DNA from: an uncultured Pseudomonadales bacterium
GTDB lineage: Bacteria > Patescibacteriota > Microgenomatia > UBA1400 > PJMF01
Assembly (NCBI GenBank): GCA_964457085.1
Contig: CAYWDM010000004.1
Span: forward strand, 87,319-150,117
DNA length: 62,799 nt
Direction: 5' to 3'
Part shown: piece by piece, positions 42,423 to 51,555 of the stretch
Layout of the letters: the number at the start of each line of letters is the position of its first letter
How positions within the stretch are numbered: the first letter of the stretch is position 1
Made by a program: the position numbers and the translations under genes
The notes under the pieces: model-generated
Database searches by the model: none
What the model saw: the letters and a program-made list of their open reading frames with translations, nothing else
What the model was told of the DNA's origin: nothing

Positions 42423-44015
42423 CTAAGGAACAGCGACAAACAAACTACCACTGGCAGTTACCAGTTTCACAACTCTTTGCTCAATATCTACGACCAATAT
42501 CCGTTGTGCACTCAATTGATCATAGCCACTGGCATACAACACTACGTATTGATTGTTTCCAGTCCAAACTCTCCAGTATCCAATTCCAGCCAACATTTCA
42601 GTTGTGACCCCAGAGTCTAACCTAATAGGATTTTTCTGACCCTCAAGATCAAGTAGCTCAATTGCAGAATTTGTTAGCATAATTGCTTTTTTATTATCAA
42701 ATGCAGAACTAAGTCGGGGGTTGTCCGCTACTGAATATAGAATGGGCACATGAGGTTCAAAGTAAACAATTTCACCTCGTGAATTGAGCGTAGCTCGGTC
42801 AAGAAAAAAAGGTAGCCGAATCCAACGTAATTGTTCCAGTTGACCAACTTGAAAGTTGTACCATCTTCTTTTGACTTGCTGAGACCCCGCATCAACCGAC
42901 AACAGGTAATGCGTGTCGGTAAAACATTGAGTGTGAGCAGCAATTTTCAACTCAGCTTTTTTTGACAGCATTGAGGTGTTGAGACAGGATTGATATGCTT
43001 TTTGTTCGACTGCAAACCAGACCTCATTACCCTGCCAGCCATACAATCTCACCAAGTGGCCATCTTTAATTTCCGAAAGCAAAATGGGCATTTTTTTAGT
43101 ACTACCAACTGGTTGTAGTAAAAACTGCTGGTCATCAGTAGTCACCTGCCATTGACCATCAGGACTGATACTAAATCCTCGCAAAATATCTTGAGCATGC
43201 TGTTGAGGCCATGGAGTCTGAGAAATTAAACTGAGATTATTTTCAGCCATCAGCACAGCTCGATCTGGATCATACAAAATATGTGAAATACGTAGCGGGG
43301 TGTCTTGTTGCTCAATCTCCAGATAATTACGACTATTCCACTTTACTGGTAACCCACCATCCAAATCATGTGCCATCTCCAAAAATCTATATGACGTGGT
43401 TTTGATTTTTCCCGTATTGAGATCGAGAATCTTCAACACTCCCAAATCTGCCGTCACCAATTGGTTTTTTATTTTTGGTTGCAACCATTCAAAAAAAGCC
43501 ACTAATTTGCCGTTAGGCGAAATCATTGGAAAGGCATAGGTAACTTTAGTCAGTGCTGAACTCGTACTTCCCCGAAGCACTAAAACCTCCTGCCCATCTT
43601 GGTTAACAATCAAATCGAGTCCTCGAATGTACGGAATTGAGAGTTTTGCTTCTGGGTTCAGTGGATTAAGACTTGTCGGAGTTTGACGAGGTTCAAGATT
43701 AAAAACTTGATTGTGCCTGTCGGTACTCAATGACCCACCAAGCAGTGTTTCACTTACTACAGTACTTGATCCTGAAGCAACGCTCTTGGCCGAAGATGAC
43801 GACAACGGCTGCAAGGGCGTATTGTCAATTTTAAAGGCATCAAATCGTAGCGGTGGAGTTGGCTGCAGTGCTGCTTGCTGCATCAAAGCCAAACTTTGAC
43901 GACGACTTGACACACCAACTGACCAACGCCAAATTACCAAACCAGAAATACCTAGTAAAGCAGCTATAAAAAGCCATCTAAAAACATGCAAATAAAAATA
44001 ACGTACGTGCTGCAT
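42423..44015 (-). CDS. N-anchored extracytoplasmic protein, unknown function
   Basis: 530 aa. N-terminal TM helix (LFIAALLGISGLVIW), then a Ser-rich linker and a large beta-rich domain. No catalytic motif recognised. Confidence 0.5.
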   Translation of the reverse strand: MQHVRYFYLHVFRWLFIAALLGISGLVIWRWSVGVSSRRQSLALMQQAALQPTPPLRFDAFKIDNTPLQPLSSSSAKSVASGSSTVVSETLLGGSLSTDRHNQVFNLEPRQTPTSLNPLNPEAKLSIPYIRGLDLIVNQDGQEVLVLRGSTSSALTKVTYAFPMISPNGKLVAFFEWLQPKIKNQLVTADLGVLKILDLNTGKIKTTSYRFLEMAHDLDGGLPVKWNSRNYLEIEQQDTPLRISHILYDPDRAVLMAENNLSLISQTPWPQQHAQDILRGFSISPDGQWQVTTDDQQFLLQPVGSTKKMPILLSEIKDGHLVRLYGWQGNEVWFAVEQKAYQSCLNTSMLSKKAELKIAAHTQCFTDTHYLLSVDAGSQQVKRRWYNFQVGQLEQLRWIRLPFFLDRATLNSRGEIVYFEPHVPILYSVADNPRLSSAFDNKKAIMLTNSAIELLDLEGQKNPIRLDSGVTTEMLAGIGYWRVWTGNNQYVVLYASGYDQLSAQRILVVDIEQRVVKLVTASGSLFVAVP

Positions 44016-44091
44016 TACGATTCATTATGCCAGTGAGAGGTCACTAATGCCAAACTCATTTTCATCCTCTACAGCTACTTCAGTGCAAATC

Positions 44092-44916
44092 TCACCCAAG
44101 CCTAACCACATCTCCCTCAGACACTACTAGTTTTTCAGCCACAAGTTGATTTAGTGCAACCATAAACCTATCATCTAGTTTTGTAATTTGTTGGCTGAGT
44201 TGTTTGGTTGTTAACAGTGAACCTATGTTTGCTGCTGCTGCCAGAATTCTGATTATTTCTCCCCTAACTTGTCGAAGTGATCCTTTGAATTTTTTTTGAA
44301 CTTGGTGGTGTTTGCTTTGGCGACTTGGATTTGGCAATACCGATTTCAAGTAGCTACCATAATCCATTAGTGCCCAATACCAAACTCTCGATTGTTTTTC
44401 CGGCAAGCTCTCACCAATTAACGGCATAATTTCACTATCAGCAACAATACTTTTTTCTGAAAAGAAATGATAGATAAATACAGTACGAATATTTGTTTCA
44501 ATAAAGCAAATTGGCTGATTGTGTGCAAAGGCTAAAATTGCAGCACTCGTATACGGACCAATCCCAGGAAGTTTTTGTAGCTCAACTTGGTTTTGTGGTA
44601 AAACCCCTTCACTAAACTCACCAACTTGTTTGGCAAGTTCCCATAGAAATTTTGGTCTGCGGTTATATCCCAAACCCTGCCAGGCAATTAATACCTGAGA
44701 TAACTGAGCAGCTGCTAATGATTGAAAATCTGGAAACAGTTCCAAAAAAGCAGTGTATTTGGGAATCACTCGCTCAACTTGAGTTTGTTGCAACATTAAC
44801 TCTGAAACCAAGACTTTATATGGGTCTGTGGTTAAACGCCATGGTAATTTATGTCGACCATACAATTGGTACCAGCGCAACACATATTGTTGAAAGTGTT
44901 TAAGATTCTGTTTCAT
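44092..44916 (-). CDS. HhH-GPD adenine glycosylase (MutY-like) lacking the Fe-S cluster cysteines
   Basis: VSELMLQQTQVERVIPKY and LPGIGPYTSAAILAFA are MutY/Nth signatures. There is no Cys after ALMDYGS, where the C-X6-C-X2-C-X5-C loop is expected. The C-terminal domain is not NUDIX-like. Confidence 0.75.
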   Translation of the reverse strand: MKQNLKHFQQYVLRWYQLYGRHKLPWRLTTDPYKVLVSELMLQQTQVERVIPKYTAFLELFPDFQSLAAAQLSQVLIAWQGLGYNRRPKFLWELAKQVGEFSEGVLPQNQVELQKLPGIGPYTSAAILAFAHNQPICFIETNIRTVFIYHFFSEKSIVADSEIMPLIGESLPEKQSRVWYWALMDYGSYLKSVLPNPSRQSKHHQVQKKFKGSLRQVRGEIIRILAAAANIGSLLTTKQLSQQITKLDDRFMVALNQLVAEKLVVSEGDVVRLG

Positions 44917-44993
44917 CTATAGCACCAATCCTACCATTACACATTGGTGCTGTTTTGACTCAAAGTAGATAATATACAATCAAGAAAACGAAT

Positions 44994-45272
44994 ATGTCTG
45001 AAGATGACAGAAGACGTGATAGCTCAATAAACCTCGGAACACCTGGCCATTGGTGGGGCGGATATGATGCTGGTTCTCACCAGTCAGCTGAAACTGATCC
45101 AAATCGTCTCAACCTTGATAATGTTACTGATTTTCTTGCCTTTTTAACTGCACTAACTAAAGGTGAAGCTAAGTCTCAAAACTTTCTGCAACGAATTCCC
45201 AGTCATCGACTTGAAGAGCTGAAGCAACGACACAGCAACCTTGACAATTTACTTCGTGTCCTAGATTGGTAA
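44994..45272 (+). CDS. Hypothetical protein (92 aa)
   Basis: ORF only. No motif recognised. Confidence 0.4.
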   Translation: MSEDDRRRDSSINLGTPGHWWGGYDAGSHQSAETDPNRLNLDNVTDFLAFLTALTKGEAKSQNFLQRIPSHRLEELKQRHSNLDNLLRVLDW

Positions 45273-45318
45273 TCACTTTAAAACCACAGGATAATTCTAT
45301 TTATTTTATGTTTTCGAC

Positions 45319-45348
45319 TTGACACTAGATACCCCATGGGGGTATCTT
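45319..45348 (+). promoter_or_regulatory. Candidate promoter with an embedded 9-bp perfect inverted repeat upstream of the malic enzyme gene
   Basis: TTGACA (45319-45324), an 18-nt spacer, then TATCTT (45343-45348). The spacer contains AGATACCCC-ATG-GGGGTATCT. Confidence 0.4.
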
Positions 45349-45395
45349 ATGTCGTTGTGCAAATGTTTAAATTACCACATTTACACACCCAACAT

Positions 45396-46586
45396 ATGTC
45401 TAATGACGTCTACAACCAATCCGTAGTGTTACATCAAAAATTTCAAGGTAAACTTGGCACCACCGCTTTAACTTCTGCTGACTCAAAAGAAGCTCTGTCA
45501 TTGTTATATACGCCAGGAGTTGCTGAGCCCTGTCGAGTGATCGCCAAAGATCCAAGTCAAGCATATGACCTCACCTGGAAAGGCCGCACAGTCGCGGTAG
45601 TTTCAGATGGTTCAGCAGTGCTGGGACTTGGAAATATTGGTGCTGCTGCATCACTGCCAGTTATGGAAGGCAAAGCGTTATTAATGAAACAATTCGGTGA
45701 TATCGATGCGGTGCCGATTGTGCTTGACACCCAAGACCCCAGAGAAATCATTGCCACAGTCAAAAATATTGCCCCTACTTTTGCCGGCATCAACCTTGAA
45801 GATATTTCAGCACCTCGCTGTTTTGAAGTTGAAGAAGCCCTACAGGATATTGGGATTCCTGTATTCCATGATGATCAACATGGTACCGCCATCGTAGTAT
45901 TTGCCGCCCTACAAAATGCTGCCAAAGTAGTGAATAAACCTTTTGAAAGTCTGCGAGTGGTCGTGGTTGGTGCAGGAGCTGCTGGTATCGCTATTTCGAG
46001 AATGTTGCTCGGAATTCAATGTCTGGCCGGCTCATGCCAACGCCTCACCGCACATAAAAGTGTCGGCGACGTCATAGTAGTTGATAGTAAAGGAGCCTTA
46101 GTAATTGGTCGCAGTGACCAAAATATCTACAAACAAGCCTTAGCTGGTCTATCCAACAAAGGCCACCAAGCCGGCTCACTCTCTGAGGTGATTAAAGATG
46201 CCGATGTGGTCATTGGTGTTTCTGGTCCCAACAACATCACTAAAGAAATGGTGGCTTCAATGGCGCCAAAAGCTATTGTTTTTGCTATGGCCAACCCAGT
46301 ACCAGAAATCATGCCAGAGCTTGCACTCGAAGCTGGAGCCATGGTGGTTGCTACTGGTCGTAGTGATTTCCAAAATCAAATTAACAACGTATTGGCGTTT
46401 CCCGGAATTTTCAAGGCAGTAGTCCAGGGTCGTCTTAAGAAAATTGATTTGTCAATGAAATATGCAGCTTCTCAAGCAATTGCCAATCTAGTCCCAAATC
46501 CAACTAAAGATAAAATTATTCCTTCACCTTTTGAACCAAGATTGGCTGAAGTGGTAGCTGAAGCGGTATTGAGTCAGGCTAGGTAG
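45396..46586 (+). CDS. NAD(P)-dependent malic enzyme (short, MaeB N-terminal type)
   Basis: Start set at MSNDVYNQ. LLYTPGVAEPC, GLGNIGAAASLPVMEGK and VVVGAGAAGIA are malic enzyme motifs. Confidence 0.85.
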   Translation: MSNDVYNQSVVLHQKFQGKLGTTALTSADSKEALSLLYTPGVAEPCRVIAKDPSQAYDLTWKGRTVAVVSDGSAVLGLGNIGAAASLPVMEGKALLMKQFGDIDAVPIVLDTQDPREIIATVKNIAPTFAGINLEDISAPRCFEVEEALQDIGIPVFHDDQHGTAIVVFAALQNAAKVVNKPFESLRVVVVGAGAAGIAISRMLLGIQCLAGSCQRLTAHKSVGDVIVVDSKGALVIGRSDQNIYKQALAGLSNKGHQAGSLSEVIKDADVVIGVSGPNNITKEMVASMAPKAIVFAMANPVPEIMPELALEAGAMVVATGRSDFQNQINNVLAFPGIFKAVVQGRLKKIDLSMKYAASQAIANLVPNPTKDKIIPSPFEPRLAEVVAEAVLSQAR

Positions 46587-46629
46587 CATTTGCTATACTC
46601 ATTTGTAGCCTCAAAATATCCTATAGTAA

Positions 46630-46658
46630 TTGACACTCATGTGCTTATTGAGTAAAAT
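46630..46658 (+). promoter_or_regulatory. Near-consensus sigma-70-type promoter
   Basis: TTGACA (46630-46635), exactly 17 nt of spacer, then TAAAAT (46653-46658). Confidence 0.6.
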
Positions 46659-46848
46659 AGCACCGAATTATTTGCCCATTTAGTTTTTACTAAAGATGGC
46701 GATGATTCACTTTTTTTCGCACGTTAACATGGGAATTCATTTGTCAAAGAAAGATTGATGCTTGCCCAGATATTTGGTCATAAAAATTGTGATCAGGTAT
46801 CTGGGCAAAACAACCATTACTCATCATAGGATCCTAGGAGGCACTACC

Positions 46849-47184
46849 GTGAATTTCACTGATTTGATTTTGCAGCACAAACCTCAAACTCTCGAGGAAT
46901 TGAAAAAAATGCTCGAGCAGATGCTCGCCAGCAACCACCCAGACCGCGAACATGCTTTTGTTTCTAATGGGTCTGGGCTCTGCGAAGAATGCGGATTCAT
47001 TCAAGTTGACACACCTTGTAGTTGTGGTGGCGGCAGCATGCGCGACCATGCAAGGATACTACTTGCAGCAATTCGTGAGACTGAGCAGAAATCCCAAATC
47101 TCAGCGAACGATATCTTCATCGCATACCTTTCCATTGAGGAAAGTGATTGGTTGAGTGGTCGCCGGAAATTCAGCGACAACTAA
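46849..47184 (+). CDS. Small Cys-rich protein (possible zinc ribbon), unknown function
   Basis: GTG start 7 nt after AGGAGG. 111 aa. CEECGFIQVDTPCSCGGG gives a CxxC ... CxC pattern. Confidence 0.45.
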   Translation: MNFTDLILQHKPQTLEELKKMLEQMLASNHPDREHAFVSNGSGLCEECGFIQVDTPCSCGGGSMRDHARILLAAIRETEQKSQISANDIFIAYLSIEESDWLSGRRKFSDN

Positions 47185-47357
47185 CGGAAGTGGTTAACTA
47201 AGTTGTTGTGTGAAGGCTGCCCATCCTTCGCCAACCACTGACAAATGAGATGACTGCCTTACCCGCAGTCTCCCATGTTAACCATTCCTTAGATTACGGT
47301 ATTTATTTAGGTTTTATTCTCTAAGCAACAACTCCCATAGAGTTCTATAATCTGCGT

Positions 47358-48212
47358 ATGAATTGGTTCCTACTTACTATTCTGAGTGCATTATTTAGTG
47401 CCTGCACCAAATTATTACAACGAGTATTGATTGTCGATCAAACCCGTGATCCCGCTGCACTCGCATTTGTTTTTCAATTCACTGTCTCACTATTATTTTT
47501 TATATTCTCCATCGCTACTGGCACATTCGAAATCCCAGATCTCTCGTCACAGTGGATGAATGTTGTTGTTATGGCTCTCCTGTATGGTGTTGGAAATATT
47601 TTCACTTTCAAAGCCTTTCAACTAGCTGAAGCATCAGAAGTTACAATTATTTTTGCTACAAGTAGTATTTGGTCAGTCTTAGCCGCCATGTTATTACTTG
47701 GAGAGCAGCCAAAAACTGTACAGTTTTTTGGAGTTGCGTTAATTGCCTTTGGCGTAGCAATTACCAATATCAGAAAGTCAAAGTGGCAGTTAAACAAAGG
47801 CCATATTTTTGGATTGCTGGCTGCACTCTGTTTTGGCGTTGCATTTACTTATGATGCACTTTTGATGAATTCATATCACAGTGTGTCTTCGTACATGGTG
47901 CTGGCGTTTGGCCTGCCTAGCTTGGTGGTATTATTACTTAGTCCCAAGTCAATTAAGACCGTACCAGTTTTTCTGCAACCATCGGTTTTACCAAAGTTGA
48001 CACTCAGTGCAACCTTCTATGCACTGTCAGCGATTACTTTTTTCACTGCCTATAAAATGGGAGGGCCGGCATCAGTCATTGCCCCAGTATCACAAGCAAG
48101 TATTATTTTTACTGTCGGACTTAGCTATTGGTTGCTGAAAGAACGTGACCACACCATAGCAAAAATATTGGGAACTCTAGTTACTTTTGGTGGAGTTCTG
48201 TTAATGCTTTAA
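47358..48212 (+). CDS. EamA/DMT family transporter
   Basis: 284 aa with 10 TM helices arranged in two repeats, the typical EamA composition. Confidence 0.75.
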   Translation: MNWFLLTILSALFSACTKLLQRVLIVDQTRDPAALAFVFQFTVSLLFFIFSIATGTFEIPDLSSQWMNVVVMALLYGVGNIFTFKAFQLAEASEVTIIFATSSIWSVLAAMLLLGEQPKTVQFFGVALIAFGVAITNIRKSKWQLNKGHIFGLLAALCFGVAFTYDALLMNSYHSVSSYMVLAFGLPSLVVLLLSPKSIKTVPVFLQPSVLPKLTLSATFYALSAITFFTAYKMGGPASVIAPVSQASIIFTVGLSYWLLKERDHTIAKILGTLVTFGGVLLML

Positions 48213-48304
48213 TCGAGTAGTAAAATATTTTTACTATCTCACTCGAGATCAAAACAATTTTAACTTGATCAAACAATCCTTGTTGCACTGGTAGCGTATA
48301 CTAA

Positions 48305-49039
48305 ATGTCTATGTTGAAATTCCTATTTGGCCTAATTATTGGCTCGCTCGTCCTTACAGGTGTAACTATCGTTGGTGGGCTCACCTACCTAGGTGTCACC
48401 CCACTTTCAAAATACGTGGGCACTGGCCAACAAGATTTGGGCATTACCGTCACCAAAGCTGAAACCCAGGCTGCCATGCAAAAAATCGGCACTGAAATTA
48501 TTTCACTTCCAGCAAATACTCCTGACGATCAGGGATTTAAATTAGAGGGCAAAAAAGCCGCTAATTTCACTATGGACGGTCAGGAATTATCTGCTCATTC
48601 AAATAATCGGCCCTGGAAAAACTATCCATTAAAAAATGTTCAAATTAAAATCTTAGCCGATGGCACCATCGAGAGTTCGGCGATGTTGATTATTGATAAA
48701 GCAATTCCATATGCCATGGGTCTGGGATACAGCGAAGCTCAAATTCGTGACGCCATGAAAAAATACTCTATTCCTCCAATTTCTGTACCTATTTATATTA
48801 AAGGTAAGGGTAGCGTCACTGACAACCAGGCTTTGGTCGCTGCAACAACTGTCAAGATAGGTGCGATTACTGTTCCTCAAGAGACTGTTGAGCAAGCAAA
48901 CACAGCTGCCTCAGTAGTATTGAGCAATTTAATGTACATGCAACGGCATGCGTTTGACTGTGAATCGTTAACATTCAACAATGGCCAAATGCAGTTTAAA
49001 GGTTCAGTAGCTGCTAAAGAATACGTTGTTTCAAAATAA
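48305..49039 (+). CDS. N-anchored extracytoplasmic protein, unknown function
   Basis: 244 aa. N-terminal TM helix (LFGLIIGSLVLTGVTIVGGL). No motif recognised. Confidence 0.5.
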   Translation: MSMLKFLFGLIIGSLVLTGVTIVGGLTYLGVTPLSKYVGTGQQDLGITVTKAETQAAMQKIGTEIISLPANTPDDQGFKLEGKKAANFTMDGQELSAHSNNRPWKNYPLKNVQIKILADGTIESSAMLIIDKAIPYAMGLGYSEAQIRDAMKKYSIPPISVPIYIKGKGSVTDNQALVAATTVKIGAITVPQETVEQANTAASVVLSNLMYMQRHAFDCESLTFNNGQMQFKGSVAAKEYVVSK

Positions 49040-49048
49040 CCCCAAGGA

Positions 49049-50254
49049 CTAAGTTGCCGGAGTAGGTGGAGCAACAGCCACCAGATCGCTAGGAGCAGGT
49101 TGCTGTGCTAATTGTGGCATATGGTTTTGCTGCCAGCTCATCACCCATTTATCCAAGGTGATTGGTGAAAGTAACGAGATAACCTCAAGTGTAAACACTG
49201 ACAACTCAAAAGCTGATGGGATTTGATTGGTAATAAAAAATGCTCCGAGGCCAATGAGTACTGCATCAAACACACCCTGAGAAAATAATTTTTTCTGAGT
49301 GCTGTCTACAACTTTCTGACTCACTCCTTCTGAAATAGCTTTCTTACCCATCCGAATAGTGTCGTGTGCTGCAAAATAAATCAGCGTAAAAAAGGTGGCA
49401 ATTGCAGTCACCGTATTAAAAGTGGTGTTTTGGAACGCCACATCCCCTATAAAAAGTCGCACCCCAAAACCAACCGGAAAACCTCTCATGATCCACCAAG
49501 AAAATAAAAATAAAATCACCAGATACGCGATAGTGTATTTTGAGATATTTGAAGAAATTTTGATTGGCTCTTCTGAAGCACCACCTGCCCTTTTAGCATA
49601 CTGCTTATATGCTTTCGAAATCCAGATAATCAACTGAAATATAAATAGTGCAGCCCACACCCAAAACACAGCTTGCCAACCAAAATCCTTTGTTTTGGTC
49701 ACAATTGGATATGGAATCTTAAAAAAAGTATCGAGTATTGGATACTCTGGGTACTGCACAAATGAATAGAGTAAAGCCGGATCCAGTTTCTGAGTGTAAA
49801 AATTGGTCAAAAACAATCGCCCAATAGTCATAAATGTAGTGATTTGAATAGTGAAATCAACCAAATAGAATAAAAAAGTCTTATTGCCTAAATCGAAACT
49901 TTTCTTAACTTCACTCTGTCTGAGAGATTCAGACTTAATGTCTTCAATTTTTTCTTGGAATTTCTTAATATCTTCACCCCAAGTTAGTCTGATTGCACGC
50001 AGTGGCATCAAGATCAGGGTCTGAAAAACACCCAACATGATCACTGAAACCCACATATGTTTAGTCCAACTATAAAACAGAAATACTGCACTGGCATAAA
50101 ATTGATACATGCCATGGGTAAAAAATTGATACCAAAGCCAAGCGACCACCGCCAAAACCAACAGGCTTGATAGTGGCAACACACCAATAACACTAGTTAG
50201 ACGGTTATCCTGGAATACACTGTATTTTGACTGAGAATTATTCGCTTGCGACAC
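49049..50254 (-). CDS. Polytopic membrane protein, possibly a divergent YidC/Oxa1-like insertase
   Basis: 401 aa. LILMPLRAIRLTWGEDIKKFQEKIEDIKSE ... FLFYLVDFTIQITTF resembles, by eye, the YidC TM1-Arg / amphipathic helix / TM2 layout. Weak evidence. Confidence 0.35.
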   Translation of the reverse strand: MSQANNSQSKYSVFQDNRLTSVIGVLPLSSLLVLAVVAWLWYQFFTHGMYQFYASAVFLFYSWTKHMWVSVIMLGVFQTLILMPLRAIRLTWGEDIKKFQEKIEDIKSESLRQSEVKKSFDLGNKTFLFYLVDFTIQITTFMTIGRLFLTNFYTQKLDPALLYSFVQYPEYPILDTFFKIPYPIVTKTKDFGWQAVFWVWAALFIFQLIIWISKAYKQYAKRAGGASEEPIKISSNISKYTIAYLVILFLFSWWIMRGFPVGFGVRLFIGDVAFQNTTFNTVTAIATFFTLIYFAAHDTIRMGKKAISEGVSQKVVDSTQKKLFSQGVFDAVLIGLGAFFITNQIPSAFELSVFTLEVISLLSPITLDKWVMSWQQNHMPQLAQQPAPSDLVAVAPPTPAT

Positions 50255-50291
50255 CCATCAAGTGTATCACTTTTCCCGAGAGAAAGTACTT

Positions 50292-50594
50292 TTAGAACGA
50301 CTCAGCATCAAGCTCAAGCTCGCCCAAATCTTTTTCGAGTGAGTTGATATCTGTGGCACCGAGTGTGGGAGTTGGTGATGCAACTTTAGGTGCAGCAGTG
50401 GGTAACTTGTCACCTGATTTTTTCGGAGTCTCATTCGGATTTTCCTCTGATAATCCTGGTTGCCCCACATCGACAGCCTGTTCCAAAGGCAATGGCACCG
50501 GCTGTCGCTTTGCAAGCGTACAGCCGGTGAGTAAAATACTTGTTATAGTTACAGATGCGATTCCTAAGATGATTGAAGAGGTTTTTTGTACCAT
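50292..50594 (-). CDS. Small lipoprotein
   Basis: Signal peptide with the lipobox LLTGC. The mature part is Pro/Glu-rich and about 75 aa. Confidence 0.6.
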   Translation of the reverse strand: MVQKTSSIILGIASVTITSILLTGCTLAKRQPVPLPLEQAVDVGQPGLSEENPNETPKKSGDKLPTAAPKVASPTPTLGATDINSLEKDLGELELDAESF

Positions 50595-50603
50595 ATATCC
50601 ATA

Positions 50604-51458
50604 CTACGTGTTGAGTTTCTTCAATTCAACCGCAACTTGTTTTAAGTGACCTGTAATCTGGACGAATGCTGCTTGTGCCTTATTCACAGCCACACGTGCA
50701 GCCTGAACATCTTCTTTTTGTGCTGCCCATGCCTCAGGAGTAACTGCACGCAGTTGTGCAACTGCAGCCTCACCAAGCTTTACTGCATCCACTAATGCTG
50801 TCTCTGCTGTTACGATTGACTTCTCGGCTGCAGCGACATCTTTGCCTTTTCCCTTTTGGGTGACGATATGTTTTTTAGCTCGCTCAATCCAAGCAGACAA
50901 TCTCTCTTTGTGATTAGCAAACCGCTCTTCTACTCGATCAGCAGCGTTATCGGCTTTCTCATCACGTTTCACTTGTCGCTCTTCTTTCTTTTGCTCAATT
51001 TTCTCTTTAGCCTCATCTTTTTTCTCTTGGAATTTGTCCTTCATCTCCTGAACTTTTTCCAAAAGTGTATTTTTCTTTTCAGCATTTCGTTCTTCAAGTT
51101 TCTTTTTTTCTTCAAGACGTTTTTGTTCCAGCTGTTTCATCTCTTCACGAGCTTTCAACTCAATTTTTGCCTGGCTAGCTGTTGATTTCTTTTGTAACTG
51201 CTCACGTTTATGTTGGGCGTCCTCTTCAATTTTCTTCAGCCGCTCAATTTCATGTTGTTTGATAGATTCCTCACGGCGTTTCAGCTCTTGCTCTCGTTGT
51301 TGCTCAATCTCTGTTTCATTTTCAGATTCACCAGCTTTTGCAGATACAGTGGTAATACTAACCTGAGTGGCTAGTCCCAAAACAAACAAACCAAAAAGAA
51401 ACTTTGAAAAATGTTTTTGCACAAAAAAACCTTTCGAATACCTTTTATGTCTTCGCAA
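50604..51458 (-). CDS. Secreted Glu/Lys-rich coiled-coil protein
   Basis: A TTG (51458) or internal GTG start. Signal peptide FLFGLFVLGLATQVSITTVSA. A long charged E/K/Q-rich helical region. Confidence 0.55.
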   Translation of the reverse strand: MRRHKRYSKGFFVQKHFSKFLFGLFVLGLATQVSITTVSAKAGESENETEIEQQREQELKRREESIKQHEIERLKKIEEDAQHKREQLQKKSTASQAKIELKAREEMKQLEQKRLEEKKKLEERNAEKKNTLLEKVQEMKDKFQEKKDEAKEKIEQKKEERQVKRDEKADNAADRVEERFANHKERLSAWIERAKKHIVTQKGKGKDVAAAEKSIVTAETALVDAVKLGEAAVAQLRAVTPEAWAAQKEDVQAARVAVNKAQAAFVQITGHLKQVAVELKKLNT

Positions 51459-51555
51459 TTGCGATTCATATATATAGTAGTGTGATGGTTACACCCAATA
51501 CAAATGATGATTTGCAGGAAAATATATTGTAATTACGACTAATTTTTATACTGTT

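Noticed and set aside
47186-47289. Fluoride (crcB-motif) or another named riboswitch upstream of the EamA transporter
   Set aside because: A GATGACTGCCTTAC stretch is superficially similar to the 3' part of the crcB motif. The 5' GGCGATG-type half and the expected pseudoknot partners are absent, so I could not match any class from memory.
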